Virus record (IMG/VR): IMGVR_UViG_3300042889_001503 | Coordinates: 62,001 to 126,000 of that record | Length of the DNA stretch: 64,000 nt | Reading direction: 5' to 3' (one strand) | Shown here: piece by piece, positions 28,778 to 38,492 of the stretch | Numbering within the stretch: position 1 is the first letter of the stretch | Layout of the letters: every line of letters starts with the position of its first letter | The notes under the pieces: generated by a model | Seen by the model: the letters and a program-made list of their open reading frames with translations, nothing else | Told to the model about the DNA's origin: nothing | Databases searched by the model: none | Position numbers and translations under genes: made by a program

Positions 28778-28779
28778 TA

Positions 28780-29226
28780 ATGAAAGTATTAATAACAGAA
28801 TCACAAGCAAACAGAATCTTTGAAGATGTTTCAAATGATGAAGAAAAGGATTACATCGGTAAAAAAGTTATGATTTATTATAATCTACATAAACACACTT
28901 TTTCAATAATATATAAAGGTTTAGTTGTTAATCATTCTGATTACGTCAAACTAAGTGATGTTGAGTTTAGAGTTAGACCGGGAGGAAGAGAAAAGGTAAT
29001 AAAAGAGAAAAGAAAGAATGTTCATTCATTTGTGATTGGAACATTGATGGATTATTGTAAATATCCTTGTGAAAACCTACCAACCGAACCAAATAGTAAT
29101 ATTGTGACTTACAACCCATACAAATACAACTCTTACGTTATGAAAGACACCGAAGAACCTATATATAGAGCCGGTGAGGTAGAAATGATAAATTCAAGAA
29201 ACAAAATATTTATAACAAAACAATAA
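28780..29226 (+). CDS. Conserved phage hypothetical protein with MKVLITESQ leader
   Basis: YYNLHK..FS, V.L.DVEF.V..GGREKV..EKRKNVHSFV.G and YNPY pattern, recalled from other phage hypothetical proteins (not verified). Confidence 0.65.
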   Translation: MKVLITESQANRIFEDVSNDEEKDYIGKKVMIYYNLHKHTFSIIYKGLVVNHSDYVKLSDVEFRVRPGGREKVIKEKRKNVHSFVIGTLMDYCKYPCENLPTEPNSNIVTYNPYKYNSYVMKDTEEPIYRAGEVEMINSRNKIFITKQ

Positions 29227-29227
29227 A

Positions 29228-30262
29228 ATGGGTTTACCAAGTAAAATAAAGAAAAATATACCACTAACGGAGTCCAAAACTCTTTTACCAAGAAGAGAAG
29301 AACTTTTGGATAAAATCAATAAAGACGGAACTTATCTTCCAAAATCTTTATTGCATGCCGATTTAGATAGAGGTTTTTTAGATTTTGTTAGAGATGATTT
29401 AAAAGTGGTGGTTGAGGGTAAAACAATACCAACCGTTGATATTATTGTTACCACACAAAATTGGGCTCAGTTTACTGAAACTTGGAATTTCCAAAATATT
29501 GATAAAAACACGGAACCTCCTTTTATTACAACAATTAGAATCCCGGAGGTTAAATTTGGGACTAACCCGGCTCTTATGTATAATATTCCAAATAGAAGAC
29601 AATATTTTTACGCTCAAGTACCTACTTGGGATGGACAAAGAAATGGGATGGATGTTTATACAATACCTCAACCCGTTCCGGTTGATATAACATATTCTGT
29701 TAAAATTATTTGTAACAGAATGAGAGAGTTAAATAAACTTAATCAGGTTATTTTAGAAAAATTTGCATCAAGACAAGCCTATGCGGTAATCAAAGGACAT
29801 TACATTCCAATTGTTATGGGTGCGATTACTGATGAATCTGTTGTTGATGTTGAGAAAAGAAAATACTACATACAAAGTTATGAATTTACAATGTTAGGGT
29901 TTTTAATTGATGAAGATGAGTTTGAAGTTTCCCCGGCAATAACAAGAGTTTTACAAGTTGTTGAAATAGAAAAAAAAACAACTAAGCGTGGTCGGAAACA
30001 AAATGACGAAACCGGTCTTGGTAGTCAAGCATTGTTTGTTGTTGGTAATAATACGTTAACACAATTGTTTAGTTACATTGTTGATATTAAAATTGGTGAA
30101 ACAATAAATGTTGAATCATTTGATGTGTATATCAATGATGATTACTATGGTTCTGATTTAGAGTTAATACAAATTAACTCCGGAGACGTATTAAGGTTAA
30201 ATATTGTTAAGAAAGATGACTCATTAGAATCAACAATTCAATTTATTGATAAGATACTTTAG
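29228..30262 (+). CDS. Tail terminator/sheath stabiliser (T4 gp15-like)
   Basis: PQPVPVDITYSVKI...M.ELN.L..ILE.F and Y.QSYEFTMLGFL motifs. Lies just before the sheath gene. Confidence 0.65.
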   Translation: MGLPSKIKKNIPLTESKTLLPRREELLDKINKDGTYLPKSLLHADLDRGFLDFVRDDLKVVVEGKTIPTVDIIVTTQNWAQFTETWNFQNIDKNTEPPFITTIRIPEVKFGTNPALMYNIPNRRQYFYAQVPTWDGQRNGMDVYTIPQPVPVDITYSVKIICNRMRELNKLNQVILEKFASRQAYAVIKGHYIPIVMGAITDESVVDVEKRKYYIQSYEFTMLGFLIDEDEFEVSPAITRVLQVVEIEKKTTKRGRKQNDETGLGSQALFVVGNNTLTQLFSYIVDIKIGETINVESFDVYINDDYYGSDLELIQINSGDVLRLNIVKKDDSLESTIQFIDKIL

Positions 30263-30423
30263 TCTTCCCCATAGATATCTTTAGTCGGTTTACATTTTTC
30301 AATAATAAGTCTTTCTAAGAACCGATACATTTTAATACCTTTCTTTTCACAGTAAGTTTTAAGAATCTCGTGTGTCTCCACCGATATCTTTAAATTTTTA
30401 ATCTTTTTGATGTCTTTATCCAT
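30259..30423 (-). CDS. 54-aa ribbon-helix-helix-like DNA-binding protein (absent from the ORF track)
   Basis: Manual translation MDKDIKKIKNLKISVETHEILKTYCEKKGIKMYRFLERLIIEKCKPTKDIYGED. Has its own TATTTAT motif at 30460-30466 on the minus strand. Confidence 0.7.
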   Translation of the reverse strand: MDKDIKKIKNLKISVETHEILKTYCEKKGIKMYRFLERLIIEKCKPTKDIYGED

Positions 30424-30540
30424 AAGTAGAAAAAAGGTAGAAAATAATCTCCCTAAAATATAAATAGTTGCTACGAAGTAAAGTATTTTGATTTTTTTTT
30501 AATATTTATATATAAATAAAATTATAAACAAAACAAACTA

Positions 30541-33500
30541 ATGGCAACAAACAGCAAAGTATTCGTATCTCCCGGGGTATATACTTCCGAAGTTGATTTA
30601 AGTTTCGTAGCACAAAGTGTGGGGGTAACCACATTAGGTATTGTTGGTGAAACACAAAAAGGACCAGCATTCGAACCTATCTTTATACGAAATTTCGATG
30701 AATTCTCAACTTTTTTTGGAGGAACATCCCCTGAAAAGTTTATTAATACACAAATACCGAAGTATGAAGCTTCGTATATCGCAAAATCTTATTTACAACA
30801 ATCAAATCAATTGTTTGTTACAAGAATTTTGGGATTGTCAGGATATGACGCGGGACCATCTTGGTCTTTTAGAACGATAGCGAATGTTGATAAAACAACA
30901 GTTGATTTTGACTGTTCAGGTAGTACATATGATTTTACATCATGTGAATCTATATGTACAGGATATACGGAATATTCATTCACATTACCGTTTACCGGAT
31001 GTAATAATGATATAAGTTCAGTTGTCTTTGGTGCATTTACAGGTGATGAATCGATAATAACAAATAAATTTAATGAAACTTATGAAAATTTTAACGGAAC
31101 ATCGTCAACAATAATTTCAGATTTCCAACAACAAGTTTTCAATGTTATTGTTTCCTCAACAACTTTATCAACTTCAGCAACCTCATTATACTGTTATGGT
31201 ACAATATTAGGTGATGATTACGATAATTTAGTTTCAATAGGTTATACAAACGTAACAAACGTATTCGACGTAAACAATGTTGATTCACATTTAGCTGATT
31301 ATACTGCTCCAGAGAATGACCCTTGGTATTACGCATTATTTGATAATAATAATGGTAGTTATACAGGTAGTTCTTACTATACGGTAATCGATACTCTTGG
31401 ACAAAGTTCTACATCATCAAATTGTTCATCTTTCTATTCATTTAGTGTTCTTGGTGTTGCAGGAAGTATTAATTACAATAACAGCACAATTAGTGTTGTT
31501 TTACCTTTTGCGACTTTTTCAGGAACAAATTTATCAACTATTGTTCCAACGTTTAGTGCTTGTTGTACAGGTGTAACGGTAAATTTATCAGCACAAACTA
31601 GTAATGTATCGGTTGTTAATTTTTCAACAGGTGCTGTTACATATCTTTTAATACCTAACGATGGTAGTTCAACAGGAACATCTTTTAACGTAACCGTTGA
31701 AATACAAAATCCTTGTAACCCACTAACATCAGGTAATACTGGAAACTATACTTCAGGTTCAATTAAAACTTGTTATACGGGTAGTGTTAGAGGTTCTGTT
31801 TATGTTTATACAGGAACATCTTATACAGACTTTGACGATTTAATTCTTGCAACACTTCGTTCAAGAGGTATTGCGACTTATGGTGCGGGTAGTGATGGAC
31901 CAACTTATCAAGTAAATGATGTGACCGATGTAACAATGAATTGTACAGGTGGATACTCAAGTATTGGTAAAAATCCTTATTCTGAATTTGGTTTAAACAT
32001 AACTGATAAGGATAATAATACATTTTTCTTTGAAACCTCATTTAGTGAGTCAGATTCTAAATATTTACCAAAAGTATTTGGTTCTTCAAACTTTGCAAAA
32101 CCAAGAACTACGGTTCCATTATTTGTAGAAGAGAGATTTCAAACATTATTAAACTATGGTTATAATAAAGGTTATATTAGAGGTATTAATTGTAATTTAG
32201 TTGGATTACCAAGAGCTAATAACAGTAATAACGATATGTCTTCGATAGCGTTTTATTTAGAAAAATACCAAACACCGTCTTCCCCTTGGGTTGTATCTGA
32301 ATTAAGAGGTAGTAAAGTATACAATCTATTCAGATTCACAACAGTTTCTGATGGTGATGACGCTAACACTGAGGTTAAAATTTCAATAGCAAATATGTCA
32401 TTTGGTAATTTAACTTTTGATATTTTAGTTAGAGATTTTTATGACACAGATAATAATCCTGTTGTTATTGAGAAATTCACAAATTGTTCGATGAATCCTC
32501 AGGATAATGCGTTTGTTGGACAAAAAATTGGTACTGCCGATGGAGAATACGCGTTGAACTCAAAATACATTATGGTTGAGATGAATGAGGACGCACCGAT
32601 TGATGCGTTACCTTGTGGTTTCCAAGGATTTAGATTTAGAAATTACGCAACTTCTAGACCACCGTTCCCAATTTATAAAACTAAATATGATTACCCTGGA
32701 GAGGTTGTATTTGACCCACCATTTGGATTAAGTTCAGGTTCTAACTTGGCAATCCAAAGTCCGGGCGATAATGTTCGTAGAACTTACTTAGGTATTTCTA
32801 CAGGATATGGTGCAGGATATGACCCTGATTTCTTCCAATATAAAGGTAAACAATTACCATTAGATTTATGTACAGCTGTGGAAGGGAATGATTGGACATA
32901 TAAAACAAGAGGATTCCATATGGATGTTAACGCATCATCAATTGTTTATCCGGGAACATCTAACCCAGAATTCTTTGTTGGTGACGCACCATTTACATCA
33001 GACCCTGATAGTGAAGTTAGTCCTTATTACAGAATTTATTCACGTAAATTCTCATTATTAGTTCAAGGAGGATTTGATGGTTGGGATATCTATAGAGAAT
33101 CTAGAACAAATACCGACACATTTAAATTAGGTAGAAGAGGTTACTTAAACGGGGCTTGTACAAGTATACAATATCCAACGGCAACAGGATGGGGAGCATT
33201 CAAGAAAATTACTGTTGGAAAAAATAATGTTGATTGGGCAAACACCGATTATTACGCTTACTTATTAGGACAACAAACATTCTCTAATCCTGAGGCGGTG
33301 AATATTAACTTATTTGTTACTCCGGGTATTGATTATGTTAATAATTCTGATTTAGTTGAAGATGCGATTGAGATGATTGAATTTAACAGAGCTGACTCAT
33401 TATACGTTTGTACAACACCGGATATTGATTTGTTTATGCCAACAGTAAACTTGGCAACTGATTTAATTTACCCTCAAGAGGCAATAAATAACTTAGAAAC

Positions 33501-34134
33501 TACAGGAGTCGACTCTAACTATACCGCAACATACTACCCTTGGGTATTAACAAGAGATAGTGTTAACAATACACAAATCTACTTACCACCAACGGCAGAA
33601 GTTGTTAGAAACTTAGCGTTAACCGACAACATCGCTTTCCCTTGGTTCGCGGCGGCAGGTTACACAAGAGGTATCGTAAACGCAATCAAAGCGAGAAAGA
33701 AACTTACTCAAGAAGATAGAGACACCCTTTACCAAGGACGTATCAATCCAATTGCAACTTTCTCTGATGTTGGGACGGTAATTTGGGGTAATAAAACACT
33801 ACAAGTGGCTCAATCGGCACTTGATAGAATAAACGTAAGAAGATTATTACTTCAAGCTCGTAAATTGATTTCAGCGGTATCTGTAAGATTATTGTTTGAA
33901 CAAAACGACCAAAAAGTAAGACAAGACTTCTTAGACGCGGTTAACCCTATCTTGGATGCTATCAGAAGAGACAGAGGTTTATATGATTTCCGAGTTACAG
34001 TATCGTCAGATACGGCTGATTTAGATAGAAATCAAATGACAGGTAAGATTTACATCAAACCAACCAAATCGTTAGAATTTATAGACATTACGTTCTATAT
34101 TACTCCAACAGGAGCTTCTTTCGAGAATATATAA
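30541..34134 (+). CDS. Contractile tail sheath protein with large insertion
   Basis: VSPGVYTSEVDLS, GETQKGPAFEP, YYPW, PWFAAAGYTRG, LYQGRINPI, WGNKTLQ, LDRINVRRLL, IKPTKSLEFIDITF. Confidence 0.95.
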   Translation: MATNSKVFVSPGVYTSEVDLSFVAQSVGVTTLGIVGETQKGPAFEPIFIRNFDEFSTFFGGTSPEKFINTQIPKYEASYIAKSYLQQSNQLFVTRILGLSGYDAGPSWSFRTIANVDKTTVDFDCSGSTYDFTSCESICTGYTEYSFTLPFTGCNNDISSVVFGAFTGDESIITNKFNETYENFNGTSSTIISDFQQQVFNVIVSSTTLSTSATSLYCYGTILGDDYDNLVSIGYTNVTNVFDVNNVDSHLADYTAPENDPWYYALFDNNNGSYTGSSYYTVIDTLGQSSTSSNCSSFYSFSVLGVAGSINYNNSTISVVLPFATFSGTNLSTIVPTFSACCTGVTVNLSAQTSNVSVVNFSTGAVTYLLIPNDGSSTGTSFNVTVEIQNPCNPLTSGNTGNYTSGSIKTCYTGSVRGSVYVYTGTSYTDFDDLILATLRSRGIATYGAGSDGPTYQVNDVTDVTMNCTGGYSSIGKNPYSEFGLNITDKDNNTFFFETSFSESDSKYLPKVFGSSNFAKPRTTVPLFVEERFQTLLNYGYNKGYIRGINCNLVGLPRANNSNNDMSSIAFYLEKYQTPSSPWVVSELRGSKVYNLFRFTTVSDGDDANTEVKISIANMSFGNLTFDILVRDFYDTDNNPVVIEKFTNCSMNPQDNAFVGQKIGTADGEYALNSKYIMVEMNEDAPIDALPCGFQGFRFRNYATSRPPFPIYKTKYDYPGEVVFDPPFGLSSGSNLAIQSPGDNVRRTYLGISTGYGAGYDPDFFQYKGKQLPLDLCTAVEGNDWTYKTRGFHMDVNASSIVYPGTSNPEFFVGDAPFTSDPDSEVSPYYRIYSRKFSLLVQGGFDGWDIYRESRTNTDTFKLGRRGYLNGACTSIQYPTATGWGAFKKITVGKNNVDWANTDYYAYLLGQQTFSNPEAVNINLFVTPGIDYVNNSDLVEDAIEMIEFNRADSLYVCTTPDIDLFMPTVNLATDLIYPQEAINNLETTGVDSNYTATYYPWVLTRDSVNNTQIYLPPTAEVVRNLALTDNIAFPWFAAAGYTRGIVNAIKARKKLTQEDRDTLYQGRINPIATFSDVGTVIWGNKTLQVAQSALDRINVRRLLLQARKLISAVSVRLLFEQNDQKVRQDFLDAVNPILDAIRRDRGLYDFRVTVSSDTADLDRNQMTGKIYIKPTKSLEFIDITFYITPTGASFENI

Positions 34135-34142
34135 TAAATAAA

Positions 34143-34173
34143 ATTATGACCCATTGTAATAGTGGGTCATAAT
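34143..34173 (+). terminator. Stem-loop after the sheath gene (terminator or mRNA processing/stability hairpin)
   Basis: attatgaccca-ttgtaatag-tgggtcataat, a perfect 11-bp stem with no clear U tail. Confidence 0.6.
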
Positions 34174-34191
34174 AAGCCTTAATATAAAGAT

Positions 34192-35010
34192 ATGTTAAAA
34201 AATAGAATAAAAGAAGGTATTGACGAGTTTGGTGCCCCCGATGAAAAGTATTACGCGTTTGATTGGGATGATAACATTGTTTCAATGCCAACAAAGATAA
34301 TCTTGAAAGATGAAGAAGGTGACGAAGTAGGAATGTCTACTGAAGATTTTGCAACTTACAGAGAAGAAGTTGGAAAAGAACCTTTAGAATTTGATGGTCA
34401 CACAATCGTAGGGTTTGCAAACGACCCTTTTAGATGGTTTGGTGTAAAGGGTGATAAACAATTTATTGTTGATGCGATAACCGCAAAACCGGGTCCGGCT
34501 TGGGATGATTTTGTTGAGGCAATTAATAACGGTTCAATTTTTTCAATTGTTACCGCTAGAGGACACACACCTTCAATATTAAAAGAGGCTTGTTACAATT
34601 ATATTGTGTCAAATACAAATGGGATTGATTCAGACGAATTGGTTAAAAATTTAGAAAAATATCGTGATTTAGCGGATGAAGAAAATGTCTCTAAAAGAGA
34701 AATGATTCGAGAATATTTAGACTTGTGTAGATTTTATCCGGTAAGTTACGGTGAGGGTTCTGCAACAAATCCGGAACAAGGTAAAATTAACGCATTAAAA
34801 GAGTTTGTTCAATATGTTAAGGCGATGTCTCAACATATACAAAAGAAAGCTTTCTTAAAAAATAAAATAAATAATTATTTTGTCCCTAAGATAGGTTTTT
34901 CAGATGACGACTTAAAAAATGTGGATGTAGTGAAAAAACATTTTGAGCAAGACCCAGAGAATATAATTAAAACATATTCAACAGCAGGAGGAATTAAAAA
35001 AGAATATTAA
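34192..35010 (+). CDS. HAD-superfamily phosphatase-like protein
   Basis: YYAFDWDDNI (motif I), IVTARGH (II), K..AL (III), IGFSDDD..N (IV). Confidence 0.75.
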   Translation: MLKNRIKEGIDEFGAPDEKYYAFDWDDNIVSMPTKIILKDEEGDEVGMSTEDFATYREEVGKEPLEFDGHTIVGFANDPFRWFGVKGDKQFIVDAITAKPGPAWDDFVEAINNGSIFSIVTARGHTPSILKEACYNYIVSNTNGIDSDELVKNLEKYRDLADEENVSKREMIREYLDLCRFYPVSYGEGSATNPEQGKINALKEFVQYVKAMSQHIQKKAFLKNKINNYFVPKIGFSDDDLKNVDVVKKHFEQDPENIIKTYSTAGGIKKEY

Positions 35011-35173
35011 AATATTTATTATAAAATAATTAATAAATAAAAACTATTAATATAAAAACTAGGATTTCTAGAATGATAGATTTTTTAATTCTAAAAGTCA
35101 AGAGAAAAAAATTAAATAGGTTATATTTATAATAAACAAGATAAAAAAATAAAAATTAAAAAACAAATAGAAA

Positions 35174-35662
35174 ATGGCTGATTTATTAATGAAAATGCCC
35201 ATACCGTATGAACCAAAAAGACAAAATAGGTTTATTGTACGATTCCCTTCTACATTAGGGATTAACGAATGGTTTGTAGAGTCGGCTGCTAGACCACATA
35301 TCACTATTAAAGACGTTGAGATACCCTTTTTAAACACTTCAACTTATGTTGCGGGTAGATTTACTTGGGGAACAATTAATGTCAAATTTAGAGACCCAAT
35401 TGGACCTTCAGCATCACAAGCACTTATGGAATGGGTGCGTTTATGTGCGGAGTCTGTTACAGGACGTATGGGATATGCTGCGGGGTATAAGAAAAACATT
35501 GACCTTGAGATGTTAGACCCAACAGGTGTTGTTGTTGAAAAATGGATATTAGAAGGAACTTTCTTATCTGATGTTAACTTTGATACTTTAGCTTATAGTT
35601 CAGACGCATTGGCAACAATTTCTGCGACACTTCGTATGGATAGATGTGTATTAGTTTACTAA
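35174..35662 (+). CDS. Tail tube protein (T4 gp19-like)
   Basis: EPKRQNRF, YVAGRFTWGTINVKFRDPI, YKKNIDLEMLDPTG.VVEKW.LEG. Follows the sheath gene. Confidence 0.9.
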   Translation: MADLLMKMPIPYEPKRQNRFIVRFPSTLGINEWFVESAARPHITIKDVEIPFLNTSTYVAGRFTWGTINVKFRDPIGPSASQALMEWVRLCAESVTGRMGYAAGYKKNIDLEMLDPTGVVVEKWILEGTFLSDVNFDTLAYSSDALATISATLRMDRCVLVY

Positions 35663-35685
35663 TCAATTAAAATAAAATATATTAC

Positions 35686-35714
35686 ACCCTACATTTAATT
35701 ATGTGGGGTTTTTT
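35686..35714 (+). terminator. Rho-independent terminator
   Basis: accctacat-ttaatt-atgtggggt followed by a T run. Confidence 0.75.
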
Positions 35715-35764
35715 ATTTATATAAAAAAAACATATCCTATTATTTATAATAAAAACAAAATTAT

Positions 35765-36520
35765 ATGGAACAAAATTTAATAGACGCTGCAACTGAAAAT
35801 TTCAGCTTACCACACGATGTGGTTCAATTACCAACCGGAGGGATTTTTTATAAATCAAAAAAGAAAGCTGTTAAGATTGGTTATTTAACGGCAAATGATG
35901 AAAATTATTTAATCGGTTCTGGTCGTAATAGTGAAAATATTATATTAAAACTATTGAGAAATAAAATGTATGAACACGATTTACGTCCTGAAGAACTATT
36001 AGACGGTGATGTTGAGGCGATTTTAATTTTTTTAAGAAACTCTTCTTTTGGTTCGGAATATAGTGTTAATTTAATTGACCCGGGAACTGATAAACCATTT
36101 ATTGGTTCGGTTATTTTAGATGAATTAAACATTAGAAAAACTGAAGTTAAACCTGATGAAGATGGGACGTTTACAACTAAATTACCAAGAACAGGTGTTA
36201 CAGTAAAATTAAGACCAACAACTTTTTATGATACTATTGAATTAGATAAAATGGTGGAACAATATCCCGTTGGTAGACAAGCCCCTAAAATTACTTGGAA
36301 ACTGTTAAAACATATTGTTGAAGTTGATGGTAGTTCAGATAAATCAAAAATTGCGTTATTTGTTGATTCACTACCAATTATGGATTCTAAATACATAAGA
36401 AGTTTTTTAAGAGAAAATGAACCGTCATTGGACTTAAAAAGAAGTGTAATCGCCCCTTCAGGAGAATTGGTATCTTTCGAGATAACCTTTGGGGTGGACT
36501 TTTTTCGACCTTTCTTCTAA
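35765..36520 (+). CDS. Tail assembly chaperone / baseplate hub assembly protein (gp26-like)
   Basis: VQLPTGGIFY, YLTANDENYL, LLDGD..AILIFLR...FG..Y, FGVDFFRP. Lies between the tube and tape measure genes. Confidence 0.75.
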   Translation: MEQNLIDAATENFSLPHDVVQLPTGGIFYKSKKKAVKIGYLTANDENYLIGSGRNSENIILKLLRNKMYEHDLRPEELLDGDVEAILIFLRNSSFGSEYSVNLIDPGTDKPFIGSVILDELNIRKTEVKPDEDGTFTTKLPRTGVTVKLRPTTFYDTIELDKMVEQYPVGRQAPKITWKLLKHIVEVDGSSDKSKIALFVDSLPIMDSKYIRSFLRENEPSLDLKRSVIAPSGELVSFEITFGVDFFRPFF

Positions 36521-36659
36521 TCATAGACAATTATTAATTGAGGAATATTTGTACTTAGCTCAAACAATATACGTATCATATTCGGATTTCCACACAATGC
36601 CGACATATGTTAGAAAATATTTAATAAATCGAGTAATCGAGAATAACACACCAAACTAG
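36504..36659 (+). CDS. +1-frame extension of the tail chaperone (probable programmed frameshift product) or small gp51-like ORF
   Basis: Open frame 36486-36659 encodes FDLSSNHRQLLIEEYLYLAQTIYVSYSDFHTMPTYVRKYLINRVIENNTPN. No ATG occurs in its 5' part. TTT TTT CGA lies at 36500-36508. Confidence 0.65.
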   Translation, partial: FDLSSNHRQLLIEEYLYLAQTIYVSYSDFHTMPTYVRKYLINRVIENNTPN

Positions 36660-36707
36660 TGATTTAAAAACTATGTTTGGTGTATTTATTTAGAAACACA
36701 TTTAATT

Positions 36708-38453
36708 ATGGTAGATAAAGCACCGGAGGGTACTTCAACAGGAGGGATAAAAGGACTAGGGGACGCCCTTGGGTCTAATTTTGACCCAATCGCAATAGCA
36801 AAAGTAGTGTTGACACTTGATAATGCGGCAAGTGAAATGCTTAAGAAATTTGGTCAAGGTCAGGCTATGTCGGATTTATTACGTGGTAGTATGGCGGAGG
36901 CTGTTACTTCAGTAAGAAAATTAGGTGGTGATATTGCAGATGTTCTTGCGACACAAAAAGATGCGTCCGAAACTTTAGGTAGAAACGTTGTTTTATCAGA
37001 AAAAACAACTAAAGATTTATACGCAACAATGAAAGTTACCGGACAATCTGTTAAAGATATTGTTGCAGGTATGGCGGACGCGGGTATTGGTGCGGGAAGG
37101 GCAACAAGTGAAATGTTAAAAGTTGTTAATGTTGCTCGAGAATCAGGGGTTAATGCTCAGGCGGTGTCAGGTGCAGTTATTAAAAATATGGAGGCTCTTA
37201 ATAAATTTAATTTTGCTGGTGGTGTTGAAGGTTTGGCAAAAATGGCAGCACAATCAACAGCGTTAAGAGTTGATATGGGTAAAACATTAGAGTTGGCTGA
37301 CAGATTATTTGACCCTGAAAAAGCGATTGATTTAGCCGCATCAATGCAACGATTAGGTGTTTCACAAAGTTCATTATTAGACCCATTAAAATTAATGGAT
37401 TTAGCTCAAAATGACCCTGCTGAATTACAAAATCAAATTGCACAAATGAGTAAACAATTTGTTCAATTGGGTAAAGATGGACATTTTGAAATTATGCCGG
37501 GAGCGAAACGACAATTGAGAGAGATTTCAAGTGCTATGGGGATATCATATAATGACATTACTAAAATGGCGTTAGGTAGTGCCGACTTAGATAAGAAAAT
37601 GAAGGAAATATCCTTTCCAAGCGCGACTGAGGACCAAAAGAAAATGATTGCCAATATGGCAGAAATGGGTGCCGGTGGAACTTATGAAATTAAAACAGCC
37701 GCGGGAGAAACTAAAGATGTTAGTAAATTAACAGGTCCTGAAATAGAAGCTCTTGAAAAAATGGCAAATACCGCTCCTCCAACAATGGAAGAGTTAGCCA
37801 AACAACAATTAACCGCAACACAATCTATTACGGCAGCGATAAATAGTTTGGCGGATAGAACGGGTTTAGGTGCTGCTCGTAGTGAAACTGCAGGTGGGAT
37901 ATTAAAAGGGACGAGAGCGGTTGCCACCGCGGCGTCAGAAATTCCAGGTGAAGGGTTATCAGCAAAAAACATTGCTCAAGGTATTGATAATACTGTGGAC
38001 TCACTAAAAACTGCGATTGCAAAATATGCGGCGACAGGGGAAAAAACAGATGTTTTAGGAAATATTATGTCTAGTTTTGGAGGGTTTGTAAAAAAAGAAT
38101 TAATGGATTCATTTTCAAATGTACAAGTTCAGGCGGATAAGCTAAGTGCGGAATTTCCTATGGCAACAGGTACAATAAAGGCATTCAACCAAATGATGGC
38201 AGGGACCTTACCTCCATCCTCAACAAATTCATCAATACCTCGAGGAACAGTTGGGACTAGTAGTTCACAAGTGTCAAATCAAAAATCAACAATGGACGTT
38301 AATTTAAATGTTAAAGTGGATTCTAATTCTCCAAATATTGATGCAAAACAAATGGAACAAATTTTTACAAATCCCGCATTAATGGAAAAATTAACAGTTA
38401 GTGTTAGAGATGGTATTAATAAAATGAATCCTGTTAAAAATGAACGACCTTAA
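36708..38453 (+). CDS. Tape measure protein
   Basis: 581 aa, Ala/Gly/Met/Gln-rich and helical-looking, at the canonical position after tube and chaperone. Confidence 0.75.
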   Translation: MVDKAPEGTSTGGIKGLGDALGSNFDPIAIAKVVLTLDNAASEMLKKFGQGQAMSDLLRGSMAEAVTSVRKLGGDIADVLATQKDASETLGRNVVLSEKTTKDLYATMKVTGQSVKDIVAGMADAGIGAGRATSEMLKVVNVARESGVNAQAVSGAVIKNMEALNKFNFAGGVEGLAKMAAQSTALRVDMGKTLELADRLFDPEKAIDLAASMQRLGVSQSSLLDPLKLMDLAQNDPAELQNQIAQMSKQFVQLGKDGHFEIMPGAKRQLREISSAMGISYNDITKMALGSADLDKKMKEISFPSATEDQKKMIANMAEMGAGGTYEIKTAAGETKDVSKLTGPEIEALEKMANTAPPTMEELAKQQLTATQSITAAINSLADRTGLGAARSETAGGILKGTRAVATAASEIPGEGLSAKNIAQGIDNTVDSLKTAIAKYAATGEKTDVLGNIMSSFGGFVKKELMDSFSNVQVQADKLSAEFPMATGTIKAFNQMMAGTLPPSSTNSSIPRGTVGTSSSQVSNQKSTMDVNLNVKVDSNSPNIDAKQMEQIFTNPALMEKLTVSVRDGINKMNPVKNERP

Positions 38454-38492
38454 AATAGATTATTAATCTATTTATTATAAAAGAAAAAAAAT

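Noticed and set aside
35011-35173. AT-rich intergenic stretch as a replication origin or ncRNA
   Set aside because: No iterons or stable structure are visible, and it is adequately explained as the tube gene promoter region
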